This document shows, piece after piece, positions 1 through 11,365 of a DNA stretch of 64,000 bases. The stretch is from NCBI GenBank assembly GCA_964420885.1, contig CAYQVT010000001.1, forward strand, positions 1,848 to 65,847. The letters run 5' to 3'. The stretch is from an uncultured Gammaproteobacteria bacterium (GTDB lineage: Bacteria; Pseudomonadota; Gammaproteobacteria; Arenicellales; Arenicellaceae). Both the position numbers and the translations under genes were made by a program. How positions within the stretch are numbered: position 1 is the first letter of the stretch; every line of letters begins with the position of its first letter. Under the pieces are notes generated by a model. It ran no database searches and was not told where the DNA came from. It worked only from the letters and a program-made list of their open reading frames with translations.

Positions 1-331
1 TTAAGAAACTAGAGTAACAATGAAAGTCATAGTTAACATACTATATAGCTAAATCATAAGACCAATAATTTAAATTACGTCAATAATTGTAATACAACTT
101 TGTAATTAAATAAAGTCTAAGAATCTGGCTGACACTTGCTATTGTCGTTATGGCTACGCCTAGAGCACACCTGATAGCTAAACTTCCTAAAATGAAGATA
201 TTTGATTTAAGTCGCTTTAGCCATGTGCATGCCGACGCAAATTAGCGCCATATGTATCTATAGTTATCTTATTTGGACGTTAGACGACAAATTATAGCTA
301 TATATTTTGAAGGAAAATATTTTTTTTCATT

Positions 332-346
332 ATTGGTCATACCAAT
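332..346. promoter_or_regulatory. Putative FadR/UxuR-type GntR operator upstream of the alginate TonB receptor
   Basis: ATTGGT-CAT-ACCAAT inverted repeat, resembling ExuR/UxuR boxes; related TTGTAATACAA at 87-97. Confidence 0.65.
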
Positions 347-464
347 TATCTTCATATTGTTTGTTATTATCTTGCATTTGGTTAAAATATGTTGTAAATA
401 TTGCATTTGAAAAAGTAAAATAATCAGCACTTAATTGAAAATGACTAATGAGGAGAAAAATATA

Positions 465-3464
465 GTGGATACTATAAGAAAAAGTGACAATAACGCTGGT
501 CTGTTGACCAAGTGGCTGTCCAAAGGCTTTATACTGACTGGTGTTGCTTCAGCAATGCTCGCTATGTCTAACACGGGTCTCGCACAAGAAGAAATCGACG
601 ATGTGCTTGAAGAAGTCGTTGTTACAGGAATTCGCAGTTCTCTTGAGTCAGCGCTGGCAGAAAAACGGTCGGCCGATAATTTGAAAGAAGTAATCATTGC
701 CGAAGATATTGGTAAGCTACCTGACCAAAACTTGGCCGAAGTTCTTGAAAATATAACTGGTATCCAGATTACTCGAACAGCAGGTGTCGGTACCAATGTT
801 CAAATTCGAGGCACCAGTGCAAACCGAGTCGAAATTAATGGCGTTTCAACAGTTGGCTCAGGTTCTGGTCGTAGTGGTATCGATTTTGAGGATGTAAACG
901 CTTCTATTATCGCCGCAGTTGAAGTGACTAAGGCATCTGAAGCTAAGACTATTGAAGGCTCAGTGGGTGGTACGGTTAACTTACGTACAATTCGACCACT
1001 TGAATTGAAAGATCGTTTGGCGTCTATCCGGATTCAGGGTGAAGACAGCAGTTTGAGTACAGAAAGTATTCAGCCGAGAATCTCTGGCGCCTGGGGTGAC
1101 AGATGGTCAACAGACGCTGGTGAGTTTGGTGTTGTTATCAGTGGTAGTTATACTGAACAAGAAGCGGTATCGTTCCGCCCTCGTACAGACCGTGACAATC
1201 TTTCAAGTGTTGCAGGTGGGCCACAAGATTTTCTTGGTATTCAATTCTTACTTCAAGAACAAGAAAACGATGATTTTGAAACTACAAATATCGCTGCGGC
1301 CTTCGAGTGGGCGCCGAGTGATCGTTTAAAGCTTTCTTTTGATGCGATAATTAATGAACAAGAGCGAAGTCGAGATCAGTATCGGCTGCAAGCATCGGGA
1401 GTGAGTTCTGTAAGAAACATTCAGGCGCCAGCAACCTTTGAAACCGTTGACTTTGGAGAGGGTCGGGGGGTTTTTCAAGCCGCACTCACAGGCACTATTG
1501 AACCTGATTTAGCAAATGATGATGACGATCCTAACTTACGTTTCTCAAGTGAAACAAATTCTCGGATCACTGATAGCGAAATTTTTCGTTTAGGTGCCGA
1601 GTGGCAAATCACTGATAAGCTGTCATCAAGTTTTGAAATTGCATCGTCAACTTCAGATACGGTGACACCATCGTTAAATACAACCTTAAATTTTATCAAC
1701 CCTAACTGTCCTTTGGATGGTGGAGCTACTGGCGATCCAAGCACAAGTAATGATAACTGCGTACCCTTTATCTATGATTTGAGCGGTGGTTCTCTATCGT
1801 TTGGTATTAATTTTGATTCTCCATTTGCACCTTCAGTTGCCGACTTAACAAATCCAGCTAATTTGGTCTTAGATCAGGTAGATGTTGGTCGCAATACGAC
1901 TAATAATGAAGAGGAAGCTATCCGAGCAGACTTCACTTATGACTTAGAGTGGAACGCTCTAACCTCGATTGATTTCGGCGTTCGTTACAATGAGTCTTCA
2001 AGCCGATTTGAAGATATTGATGACCGAATTGGCGGATTCAGCCGATTAGAAGACAGCCCGAGAGCGTCTTTGTTTTCAGAAATTCTCGTGAATGGACCAA
2101 CCAATTTTAATGCGGCCGATGGCCGTGATCTATTCATCCAGAACTTTCTTCTAGTAGACCCAGATCGTTCTTTTTCTGATCCAGACGGTGTGATTGCGAT
2201 ACTTGAAAACGCACTTGCAGTACAGCGCGGCTTAGAGCCTCAAGCCGATGGTGATTTGGTTTTGAACCTTTCATCTGATGAGAACGCATTCTTTGATGTA
2301 AGCGAGGAAACGACGGCTTTATACGCTCAAGCGAATTTCGAATATGGTGCTTTCCGCGGTAACTTTGGTTTGCGCTATCTTGATACTGAAGTTGATTCGA
2401 TCGCCTTTGGTCCAGAAGATGCTAATGGAAACCGATCATTGGTTTCTACAACGGGCGAATACGACTTTTTGCTACCACGCATAAACATAGTGGCTAACGT
2501 AAGAGAAGATATGATCGTTCGTTTTGGTTATGGAGAAGACATTAGACGACCTAATTTCAGCAGTCTAAATACTGGATTCACCTTTGATCAAAGTGAAAAT
2601 GCATCGGTTTCATTGGGTAACCCAGGTCTAGAACCAGAAGAAGTTGAATCGTTTGATATCTCTTTTGAATGGTATTTTGCGCCTTCAGCCGTAGCGAGTA
2701 TTGGTTACTTTACTAAAGATCGTACTAATATTTTTGGTCAAGATTTCCAAGGTGCTTTGCTTATTGCTGATCCAAACAGTGTGAGTGGCTTTGTTAGAGA
2801 AACAAACCCAGCTTGCCCTGGCGGCGGTATTTTTAACCCAGAGGTTATTCCAAATGTGTTGGGTGATCCGAATCAGCCAGGCTTATGTGTTGATTTTACT
2901 CAACCTGGTAATGATCCAGACACAACCACTCAAGACGGTTTTGAGTTGGCGTTCCAATATGATCTTTCAGCCTTTGAAGATCAGTTGGGCTGGGCATCCG
3001 GTTTTGGTGTGATTGCAAACTATACTAGCCAAGATTTTAGTGGTGGTTCGGTTGTCGATAGTACCTCAGGTCGAGGCTTACAAGTTCTTGGTGACGTAAG
3101 CATTAATCGAGGTCTGCTTGACTTCTCAGAAGATGCTTACAACTTCACTTTGTTCTATGAGAAGTATGGCTTGTCGGCTAGAGCGCGCTACACATGGCGT
3201 GAAGCTTTCCGCACAAACGACTTTGGTGGTGGTGCTAACACCAGCGGTAGCAGTACATTTAGCTTCCCAGTTGTTACCGACGATCGAGGACAACTGAACG
3301 CCAGTATCAGTTACGATGTAAATGATAATCTTAATATTGGTGTTGAAGTAGTTAATCTAACTGAAGAGCGTATCGAGCAAAATTGTGTGAGTGGAAGTGG
3401 ACCTCTATGTTTCGTAGGGTTCCCAGATCGACGCATCACTTTTGGTGCTAGTTATAACTTCTAA
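465..3464 (+). CDS. TonB-dependent receptor, probable alginate-oligosaccharide uptake
   Basis: TonB box EEVVVTG, plug motif IGKLPDQNLAEVL, C-terminal YNF; lies in an alginate locus. GTG at 465 follows GAGGAG RBS (ORF track starts at 435). Confidence 0.93.
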   Translation: MDTIRKSDNNAGLLTKWLSKGFILTGVASAMLAMSNTGLAQEEIDDVLEEVVVTGIRSSLESALAEKRSADNLKEVIIAEDIGKLPDQNLAEVLENITGIQITRTAGVGTNVQIRGTSANRVEINGVSTVGSGSGRSGIDFEDVNASIIAAVEVTKASEAKTIEGSVGGTVNLRTIRPLELKDRLASIRIQGEDSSLSTESIQPRISGAWGDRWSTDAGEFGVVISGSYTEQEAVSFRPRTDRDNLSSVAGGPQDFLGIQFLLQEQENDDFETTNIAAAFEWAPSDRLKLSFDAIINEQERSRDQYRLQASGVSSVRNIQAPATFETVDFGEGRGVFQAALTGTIEPDLANDDDDPNLRFSSETNSRITDSEIFRLGAEWQITDKLSSSFEIASSTSDTVTPSLNTTLNFINPNCPLDGGATGDPSTSNDNCVPFIYDLSGGSLSFGINFDSPFAPSVADLTNPANLVLDQVDVGRNTTNNEEEAIRADFTYDLEWNALTSIDFGVRYNESSSRFEDIDDRIGGFSRLEDSPRASLFSEILVNGPTNFNAADGRDLFIQNFLLVDPDRSFSDPDGVIAILENALAVQRGLEPQADGDLVLNLSSDENAFFDVSEETTALYAQANFEYGAFRGNFGLRYLDTEVDSIAFGPEDANGNRSLVSTTGEYDFLLPRINIVANVREDMIVRFGYGEDIRRPNFSSLNTGFTFDQSENASVSLGNPGLEPEEVESFDISFEWYFAPSAVASIGYFTKDRTNIFGQDFQGALLIADPNSVSGFVRETNPACPGGGIFNPEVIPNVLGDPNQPGLCVDFTQPGNDPDTTTQDGFELAFQYDLSAFEDQLGWASGFGVIANYTSQDFSGGSVVDSTSGRGLQVLGDVSINRGLLDFSEDAYNFTLFYEKYGLSARARYTWREAFRTNDFGGGANTSGSSTFSFPVVTDDRGQLNASISYDVNDNLNIGVEVVNLTEERIEQNCVSGSGPLCFVGFPDRRITFGASYNF

Positions 3465-3519
3465 TAAAGCAGTATTGAACAATGAGTACCATCATTGAAT
3501 GGTGGTATTCATTTCGCTT

Positions 3520-3550
3520 AAAAGCCTCAGTTTTTGCTGAGGCTTTTTTT
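3520..3550 (+). terminator. Rho-independent terminator
   Basis: AAAGCCTCAG-TTTTTG-CTGAGGCTTT followed by a T-run; a second hairpin lies at about 3482-3511. Confidence 0.8.
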
Positions 3551-3740
3551 TAGGATAAAAATAGCGATGGTTTATCAAGATAGTATTAGCTATAAATAAA
3601 GGCTAGAAAATACCTAGCTTTAAAGTGAATAGGCAGTTTCTCGGTTTGATTTTTTCCTTTGAGAATGAGGTCGCTATTACTTTCTATAAATCAACGCCGA
3701 GCAATATTATTAAATTGAACAATAAATTGGATAACCGACT

Positions 3741-5972
3741 ATGAAGCAAAGCCTATTTTTTTTACTCTTAGTATTTGTGTGTGGATGTTCCAACGCAGGT
3801 GAGCGCAAAGGACTGATCTTGACCAAAGACGGCATACAGAAAATTCAAGCAGATCTAGGTAATGTGCCATTGTTTGATTCAAGCCTAGCGCTCTTGCAAC
3901 AAGAAGTTGACGCAGAAATAGCGAAAGGTATAGATACGCCTATTCCAAAAGATTTCTCCGGCGGATACACACATCAACGACATAAAGCCAACTTCTTTAT
4001 GTTGCAAAAAGCAGGGGTGTTATTTCAAATACTCGAAGACGAAAAATATGCAGTCTACGTACGTGACATGCTGTTTCAGTATGAGGCTATGTATCAAGGT
4101 TTACCCTTGCACCCGCAAACGCGATCTTATGCCAGAGGTAAGCTTTTTTGGCAATGTTTGAATGATTCAAATTGGTTGGTTTATGCGGCCCAAGGCTATG
4201 ATGCAATATACGACTGGCTCTCAGAAAAAGAGCGAAATACATTGGAAGCCAATTTGTTTCGCCCATTTGCCGATCACATCTCGATAGACAGTCCACAGTT
4301 TTTCAATCGCGTGCATAACCACAGTACCTGGGGAGCCGCCGCGGTAGGCATGATTGGCTTAGTTATGCAAGATGATGAGCTTATCGAGCGCGCGCTATAT
4401 GGCCTTAAGAACGATGGTTTAGAAATTGGTGCAAAGGACAACGATGGCGGCTTTATTAAAGTAGAGGGTCAAAAAGCTGGGTTCTTTGCAAATCTGAATG
4501 AGCCCTTTTCTCCCGACGGTTATTATACCGAGGGGCCTTATTATCAGAGATACGCTATGTATCCATTTCTGATATTCGCCCAAGCGCTTAACAATGCTAG
4601 GCCAGAGCTCGGTGTCTTAGAATATAAAGACGGTGTGTTGCTCAAGGCCGTTGATGTATTGCTTAATTTGACCGACGCGAAGGGAGAGTTCTTTGCGCTA
4701 AATGACGGCCAGAAAGGAATGTCGTATCAGAATGATGCCTTGGTGACTGCGCTCAATCTTGCTTATTATTATGGGGAGCAAGATCCGCGTTTATTGGGTA
4801 TTGCCGTACAACAAGGTAGAGTTTTGCTAGATGATGCAGGCTATGCTGTAGCAGCGGGTATACGCGATGGGCTTACCAAAGAGTTTAGTAAAAAATCGGC
4901 TGACTATTCCGACGGCGCCGAGGGTGATCAAGGAGGGCTTAGTTTATTGAGGCAGTCTAGCGATGAATTTACTCTATTGTTTAAGTATACCGCTCAAGGG
5001 TTAAGTCATGGTCACTACGATAAGCTCTCATTTTCACTGCATGGTCAAAGTGGAGAAATTCTACAAGATTACGGTATGTCTCGTTTTGTTAATATTGGTC
5101 AAAAAGGAGGAGGGAATTATCTTCCTGAGAACAGGACTTGGGCTAAGCAAACCATTGCGCACAATACCCTTGTGCAGAACGAAACCTCTCACTTCAAGGG
5201 GCGTTATGAAGTTGGTAGTCAACATCACTCCGAGCGACGTTTTTTCGATGTCTCGAATGAAAATGTGCAAGTGGTCAGTGGTTTAGAATCGAATGCTTAC
5301 CCCGGAACCGTATTGCAAAGAACCATGGCTATGATCAACGATCAAGAATTCGAAAAGCCATTTGTATTGGATCTCTTTAAAGCCAGTTCTGAAACCGAGA
5401 ACCAATATGATCTACCCTTTTATTATTTTGGGCAAATAATTAAGACTAACTTTGACTATAAGGCCCCCAAAATATTAAAAGCGCTTGGTAAAAAAAGTGG
5501 TTATCAACATCTGTACCTCGAGGCACAAGGGAAGGCTAATTCTGGAACGGGCCAATTTTCATGGTTGGACAAGGATCAGTTTTTTACATTGACCACGGCC
5601 ACTGACAAAGGCGACGAATTGTTGATGGTTAGGCTTGGCGCGAATGATCCAGAGTTTAATTTACGTCGAGATCCGGCCATTATTCTTCGACGGCCAGAAG
5701 CTGCCGATGCCTTGTTTGCGTCGGTGATTGAAAAACACGGAACTTACAACCCCGTTACAGAATCAGCACGCAATTCTAATAGTAATATTGCCAAATTAAC
5801 GGTACTCCAAGATGACGCCAATTATTCGGCTGTATCGATACAAACCATTAAGGGCAGTGAACGGATTTTTATTGTCTCAAATCAAAATGTAGAATCTAAA
5901 ATAGAGCATAGTTTAAGGATTGGCGGGCAAGAGTATCGCTGGTCTGGGCCGTTTTATTATTCGGCTATCTAA
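3741..5972 (+). CDS. Oligoalginate lyase, PL17 (alginate lyase plus heparinase II/III domains), lipoprotein
   Basis: GGYTH, FWQCLND, HNH, YYTEGPYYQRY, HGHYDKL and QTIAHNTL motifs; lipobox VCGC. Confidence 0.93.
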   Translation: MKQSLFFLLLVFVCGCSNAGERKGLILTKDGIQKIQADLGNVPLFDSSLALLQQEVDAEIAKGIDTPIPKDFSGGYTHQRHKANFFMLQKAGVLFQILEDEKYAVYVRDMLFQYEAMYQGLPLHPQTRSYARGKLFWQCLNDSNWLVYAAQGYDAIYDWLSEKERNTLEANLFRPFADHISIDSPQFFNRVHNHSTWGAAAVGMIGLVMQDDELIERALYGLKNDGLEIGAKDNDGGFIKVEGQKAGFFANLNEPFSPDGYYTEGPYYQRYAMYPFLIFAQALNNARPELGVLEYKDGVLLKAVDVLLNLTDAKGEFFALNDGQKGMSYQNDALVTALNLAYYYGEQDPRLLGIAVQQGRVLLDDAGYAVAAGIRDGLTKEFSKKSADYSDGAEGDQGGLSLLRQSSDEFTLLFKYTAQGLSHGHYDKLSFSLHGQSGEILQDYGMSRFVNIGQKGGGNYLPENRTWAKQTIAHNTLVQNETSHFKGRYEVGSQHHSERRFFDVSNENVQVVSGLESNAYPGTVLQRTMAMINDQEFEKPFVLDLFKASSETENQYDLPFYYFGQIIKTNFDYKAPKILKALGKKSGYQHLYLEAQGKANSGTGQFSWLDKDQFFTLTTATDKGDELLMVRLGANDPEFNLRRDPAIILRRPEAADALFASVIEKHGTYNPVTESARNSNSNIAKLTVLQDDANYSAVSIQTIKGSERIFIVSNQNVESKIEHSLRIGGQEYRWSGPFYYSAI

Positions 5973-6239
5973 AGTAAAAAACGCAGCCCACTTTTCCAAA
6001 AATATATTGGCATTACACAACGCCTGCTGTTGAATATGGCAGCAGTGGGTGTTTATCGGTCAGTTTGGCATTTCAATGAGGTTATTTTTTCGACTCCTAT
6101 TTGTCGTTAATTTGATATCCGGAATTGTGCCTATTCTCTGTAAAGTATGGCGATTAGTGGAATCACCACAACAGCGTTTTGAAGACCCAAACACGCTACA
6201 CACCGAGGCTGGCCCAAGGTTTTCTGGAGCAATGAAATA

Positions 6240-6975
6240 GTGCTTGCTCTAAGCGATGATGTTGAGATCCAAAGATTTGTTATGTCGTATTTAGGCATTA
6301 CCAAATACATCATTCTTTTTACGGCGTTCACGCAGGTTTGTACTGCTTTCTACAATGGTCGTGGAAACACCAAACCCAGCCTCAAAGGCTTCCTAATTGA
6401 ACTGCCTATCAACGCTGTTCTTAGTTATTTTCTAATTTTTGCAATAGGTGCATTCAGTGGTCTAGATTTAGTGGCGGCGTCGTGGGGTAGTTTGGTTGCT
6501 GTATTTTTGCGTAACTCCTATTTTCGTATAGTGTTGGCCTTTGATACAAGTATCGTTCTATCTTACCCTCGTGAAAGGTCATTAGGCAGAGAAATGCGCA
6601 TCCAATTGAAAGAGTTTTCGCCAATTGCAGCCAATTTTTTTGTCTTGATTATCGGTGTATCGTTTTGCCAATTATTATACTCTCAGCTTGATGTGTCCTC
6701 ATTCGTAGCCATCACCTTGATTTTTCCAGGTTGCGGATTGGTACCCAGTTTGTTTCGGCTTGGTCAAAGGCATCGGGAATCAATATTAGTCAGGCCTTAG
6801 GTGCTGGAAATTTTCAACATCTCGACAGCTTTGTGTTGGCTTGTAGGCGTACTGCATTTGTATTGTCCTTGGCTGTCGCCCTACTGTTCCTGTTTCTCAG
6901 TTATTTTATTCACGTGGTATACCCTAAGGCGGAGCCAGAGACAAACTCAGCATTGACTATCATTGCCCCTGCTTT
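6240..6975 (+). pseudogene. MATE family transporter fragment, frameshifted and truncated
   Basis: Hydrophobic pieces with FYNGRGNTK and ISQALGAG motifs split across ORFs 6240-6800 and 6731-6988; both termini missing. Confidence 0.7.
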
Positions 6976-7644
6976 GGGGAGAACTTGACCAAATTTTTTC
7001 GTAAGGTGTCGCTGGTCATATTTTGATAATTTGCCAGCATCTTGCGGAAATCGTCTAGTTTATAACTGGCGGTCATTCTGCCTGGAAGGCCGGCTATGAT
7101 ATTGTCGGTGAGTTGCTGAACTTCCTCGGCAGACAGTTGTTTGAAGGTCGTTCTAGCCTCTTCAATTTCTTCCAATGAGTATTCTGATTCGGCGTTCTCG
7201 CGTTGAAGAATAAAAAGGTCAAATGCGGCAAATTTTTTCTGATCGAATCGCAGTGAATAAGCACCATTTGAGAGTTTGTGTTTTAGATCGGTTCGAGTTC
7301 AATCGATCACCGGCATGAAATTGTAACAAATGGTCTTTATGCCACATTAAGCAAGGTTCTCCATTGACTGTATCCAATCGTCTATGAATAGTTGATTGCC
7401 CCGGCTTGGCAAGCTTAATGTCTTCATGCACTGGAATGCTCTCTACTACCATCCACTTCAGCTTAGTGGTTTCTGGAGAACCAGCTTCTACTATGGTTTG
7501 ATATTGTCTAATTGATTCCACGGTCCAGATCTCGCCTGTGGGTGTGTCGTGTAATGCGCTGACAATATCCGTGGCACCGGTTTGTCTGATGTCATCGATT
7601 GTTACAGGGTCATTCGGCCCGAACCATATCCAAGATTCACGAAT
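6975..7644 (-). pseudogene. uxuA: Mannonate dehydratase pseudogene
   Basis: ESWIWFGPNDPV, VVESIPVHEDIK, CYNFMPVID*TRTDL and IIAGLPG motifs; start codon reads ATT, frameshift near 7400, two in-frame stops, C-terminal half absent. Confidence 0.9.
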
Positions 7645-7731
7645 TATTTAGTCTTAAGTCTGGTTTAGTGAATGTTACTCGTAATACCGGTTCTAATTTC
7701 AATTTGTCTGGTCTTCAGGTTGTCAGTAAAC

Positions 7732-8484
7732 CTAAGAGGATAATTCGCTAATTGAGAAACGTTGGCGCATCTTCAAGACCTTAAGTTTCGCCTCCTCTAC
7801 TGCCTTCATCTCTGAGGCGTCATGCATGGTTTTAAGTAAATCAGAGAAATGGCTGCGCATGGCATTGCGAGCCGCGCCTGGGTCACGGTAGGCAATCGCA
7901 TCATATATATTAATATGATCAGCGATTCGCATGTCGCGATCTTCGTTTGCGCAAACAGATCGGTGGGCCTTGTTAATATGGTCGAGATTTTCTTGTAGAT
8001 CCCAAAGTAAGCCAATGACTTTGGTTATTAACTGGTTGTGTGTTGCACGAGCGATGACTGAATGGAATTGTCGATCAGCACCTGAAGCCGAATCGTCTTC
8101 CACTCCTTCGCGCTTAATGGTTTCAAGCGCTTGTTCGAGTTCAAGCAACTCGTCTGAAGTAATCATTCTCGCTGCGAGTGCCGCAGCTTCACCTTCCAAC
8201 ACTACGCGCGCCTCTAATAACTCAAAGGCACTGAGGCCATGACTAAGGTCTTCTATTAAATTACTATTTTCACTTACATAAACACCAGAGCTAGCTTTAG
8301 CAACCACTTCGCCGCGCGCTTCCAAAGCGATAATTGCCTCGCGAATCGTCGGCCGGCTAACTCCAAAGCGTTCTGCCAACTCTCGTTCGGCCGGTAATCG
8401 GCTGTTCGCCGGAAACTCTCCTGATTTGATTAAAGCCGATATTTTGTTGAAAACGGCGACATACAATCTTTTCTTATTTAACAT
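7732..8484 (-). CDS. GntR/FadR family regulator (ExuR/UxuR-like), probable repressor of the alginate locus
   Basis: wHTH RLPAERELAERFGVSRPTIREA plus FCD domain (ADRQFH, THN). Confidence 0.92.
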   Translation of the reverse strand: MLNKKRLYVAVFNKISALIKSGEFPANSRLPAERELAERFGVSRPTIREAIIALEARGEVVAKASSGVYVSENSNLIEDLSHGLSAFELLEARVVLEGEAAALAARMITSDELLELEQALETIKREGVEDDSASGADRQFHSVIARATHNQLITKVIGLLWDLQENLDHINKAHRSVCANEDRDMRIADHINIYDAIAYRDPGAARNAMRSHFSDLLKTMHDASEMKAVEEAKLKVLKMRQRFSISELSS

Positions 8485-8506
8485 TTTACTTACGAATAGC
8501 TACTCG

Positions 8507-8715
8507 TTGTTCTTACCAAATTATCTTAGCATTAGTCTGATTTGTATTACAATTTTAGTCAAGTAGTATAAAGATTTTGCCGTAACTTGCGCAGATAGAA
8601 TGATATTTCACTCGGAATTTTTAAGGGAAGTGTTCTTATTAGCCACTTTTAACTTATTGGTAATACAAGAAAATTAATCAAAAAACAAAGGTGATCAAAT
8701 ATTTGGTAATACATA
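8507..8715. promoter_or_regulatory. Divergent promoter region with several GntR operator-like sites
   Basis: TTGTTCTTACCAA (8507), TTTGTATTACAAT (8541), ATTGGTAATACAAG (8656), TTTGGTAATACATA (8702); TTGACA at 8720. Confidence 0.55.
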
Positions 8716-8831
8716 ATGGTTGACATTGTCTATCTCATTTGTTTGAATCTAATCTCCATGTATAAATCCAGAATGCATTGTATTGTGCCTTTTCAATGCC
8801 GACGTCAAACTACACCAAAAAAGTCGAGTCT

Positions 8832-11120
8832 ATGTCTCTAAACAAAGTAACCGCGCGAAATTTCTCCATGCTAGTCGGTATAGTTGGATTAGTGTTTATA
8901 ACGTCGCTCTATAATAGGGCAAATGCAACAGATTTCTTAATAACGTCACAAGATGAATACGACAAAATAAGTGATTCTCTTGCTCCGGGTGATAAGGTCG
9001 TTTTGGCTAACGGAGTGTGGGAAAACTTTGAGATTTTATTTCATGGTGAAGGCACTAAAGAACAGCCCATATCATTAGTCGCAGAAGATAAGGGTAAAGT
9101 TATCATCTCCGGTCAGTCAAATTTGAGGCTTCACGGCAAACATCTCTTTGTTTCAGGCCTTGTATTTAAAAATGGCCATACTCCGACTAGCGCGGTTATC
9201 TCGTTTCGCAGTGATCGAAATAGCTATGCCTACGATTCTCGTGTATCTGAAGTCGTCATCGATAATTTTAGTAATCCGGAGCGATATGAGAATGATTCGT
9301 GGGTCATGATGTATGGCAAGCGCAATCGTTTTGATCATAATCATTTAGAAGGCAAGAGTAACAAAGGCGTGACGATGGCTGTACGTATGAATACGCCAGA
9401 GAGCCAAGACAACTATCATCGCATTGATCATAACTATTTTGGTCCCCGTTCTATTTTAGGCTCCAATGGTGGGGAGACTTTGCGAATAGGTACTAGCCAT
9501 CATTCTTTAAAGAATTCATATACCAAGGTCGAGAACAACTATTTTGATCGTTGCGACGGCGAGCTTGAAGTGATTTCGAATAAGTCTGGTTTTAACGAAT
9601 TTCGCGGCAATGTGTTTTTCGAGTCCCGCGGCACCATGACTCTACGCCATGGTAATGACAACCTAATGGAGAATAATGTGTTCATTGGTAACGGTGTTGA
9701 TCATACTGGTGGATTAAGACTGATTAACAAGCGTCAAACCATTCGAAATAACTATTTAGAAGGTTTAGCCGGTTACCGTTTTGGCGGTGGTTTAGTGATT
9801 ATGAATGGCGTTCCAAACTCGCCAATTAATCGATACCATCAAGTTGAAGATTCGGTAATTGAGAATAATACCTTGATCAATGTTAGTCATATCCAATTAG
9901 CCGCAGGCAGTGATCAAGAGCGTTCGGCGGTACCGATCACCAGTCGTTTTAAGAACAATCTTATTTATAACGATGACAAGCGCGATACCTTCACCGTGTA
10001 TGACGATGTAAGCGGAATCGAATTTTCCGGCAATCTATTAAACGATGTTAGCAACCCCGTTTTGAAGGACGGTTTTACCAGCGAAGATCTAGTGGTGAAA
10101 CGTGATAAAAATGGCCTAATGATTTTACAAAGTCAAGATGTGTCGAGTGCAGGTCTCGCAACCAAGTTAAACCCGATTAGTAAAAATGATGTTGGTGTTG
10201 CTTGGTACCCTAAAGGCGACCGCAGAGAGACCTTTGGTTTTGGCAGTGAAATCACAATTCAAGCGGGGCAAGATACCTTGACTGAAGCCGTTAAAGCGGC
10301 CCAAGACGGAGATTTACTAAAGTTGAGGGCAGGACATTACAGCGTGTCGAAGTTGATTGTAATTGACAAAAGTATCGTGATTGAAGGGTCTGCCGTTGAT
10401 GATATAAAAATCACCTATGAACGAGGCGCTCTATTCGAGATTCAAGACGGTGGGAATTTGAAACTTGATCAAGTAACTATTAACGGTGCCGATTCCCCTG
10501 ATAGCTCCGGAAATACCGTTGTACGGACTCCTCGGCGTTCCATGCTCAGTAATTACGAGCTGATTATTGATAACAGTGTTGTTGAGGACTTGGATATTAA
10601 TCACTCGTTTCATTTTCTGACGGTTTCCAAAGGAACTTTTGCTGATCGTATTTCGATCACTAACTCACAGTTTCGAAATATCTCGGGGGCTATTTTAAAA
10701 CTCGAGCAAGAGAATGACGACTTTGGCATTTATAACGCCGAGTATGTCGACATAGAAAATTCTACGTTTGAATCGGTTAATGGCGCTATTGTTGACCTGT
10801 ATCGTGGAGGTACCGATGAAAGTACCTTCGGCCCTCATCTGAAAATCGTTGACTCTAAGTTCAAATCAGTCGGCCAGGGGAAACGCAATAAGACCAAAAG
10901 TTCGGTGCGAATCCATGGGGTACAAGTGGCCGATATTTCTAACAACCTATTTGATAATTCAGCTGGCATCGCCGTCGCTCATACCGTCGCTGAACCAGTG
11001 ACTGTAATCAAGGCGAATGATTTTGTTGCTACGCCTGAGCCGACCGTGATTGAATTAAATAGCGACAAACAAAACACCGCGACAATTTCTGGCAACCGTT
11101 TTAAGAAGGCGAAGCCCTAA
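8832..11120 (+). CDS. Alginate lyase, PL6 (chondroitinase-B-like beta-helix, two-domain)
   Basis: SNGGETLRIGTS, EVISNKS, TLRHG, YNAE and DESTFGP motifs; signal peptide. ORF track starts at 8778. Confidence 0.93.
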   Translation: MSLNKVTARNFSMLVGIVGLVFITSLYNRANATDFLITSQDEYDKISDSLAPGDKVVLANGVWENFEILFHGEGTKEQPISLVAEDKGKVIISGQSNLRLHGKHLFVSGLVFKNGHTPTSAVISFRSDRNSYAYDSRVSEVVIDNFSNPERYENDSWVMMYGKRNRFDHNHLEGKSNKGVTMAVRMNTPESQDNYHRIDHNYFGPRSILGSNGGETLRIGTSHHSLKNSYTKVENNYFDRCDGELEVISNKSGFNEFRGNVFFESRGTMTLRHGNDNLMENNVFIGNGVDHTGGLRLINKRQTIRNNYLEGLAGYRFGGGLVIMNGVPNSPINRYHQVEDSVIENNTLINVSHIQLAAGSDQERSAVPITSRFKNNLIYNDDKRDTFTVYDDVSGIEFSGNLLNDVSNPVLKDGFTSEDLVVKRDKNGLMILQSQDVSSAGLATKLNPISKNDVGVAWYPKGDRRETFGFGSEITIQAGQDTLTEAVKAAQDGDLLKLRAGHYSVSKLIVIDKSIVIEGSAVDDIKITYERGALFEIQDGGNLKLDQVTINGADSPDSSGNTVVRTPRRSMLSNYELIIDNSVVEDLDINHSFHFLTVSKGTFADRISITNSQFRNISGAILKLEQENDDFGIYNAEYVDIENSTFESVNGAIVDLYRGGTDESTFGPHLKIVDSKFKSVGQGKRNKTKSSVRIHGVQVADISNNLFDNSAGIAVAHTVAEPVTVIKANDFVATPEPTVIELNSDKQNTATISGNRFKKAKP

Positions 11121-11365
11121 GACATGTTGGCATCAATTCAAATCAAGGGCACGGTAAAATGCTTATACTTTTTGTGATGACACCCGCAATTATTGGAAGC
11201 ACCAAGTGTTCGTGCCTCGTAGATGTTAGCTAGTCCATTACAACTTTCCGTTGCTCACGATAGAGTATCTATAACCGAGCGCCAACTAACGACTAATAGT
11301 GACATACATGAATAAATTCGTTCTAGTTCACTGTTCAGAGTCATTAATACATCAGAGAAAAAGCA

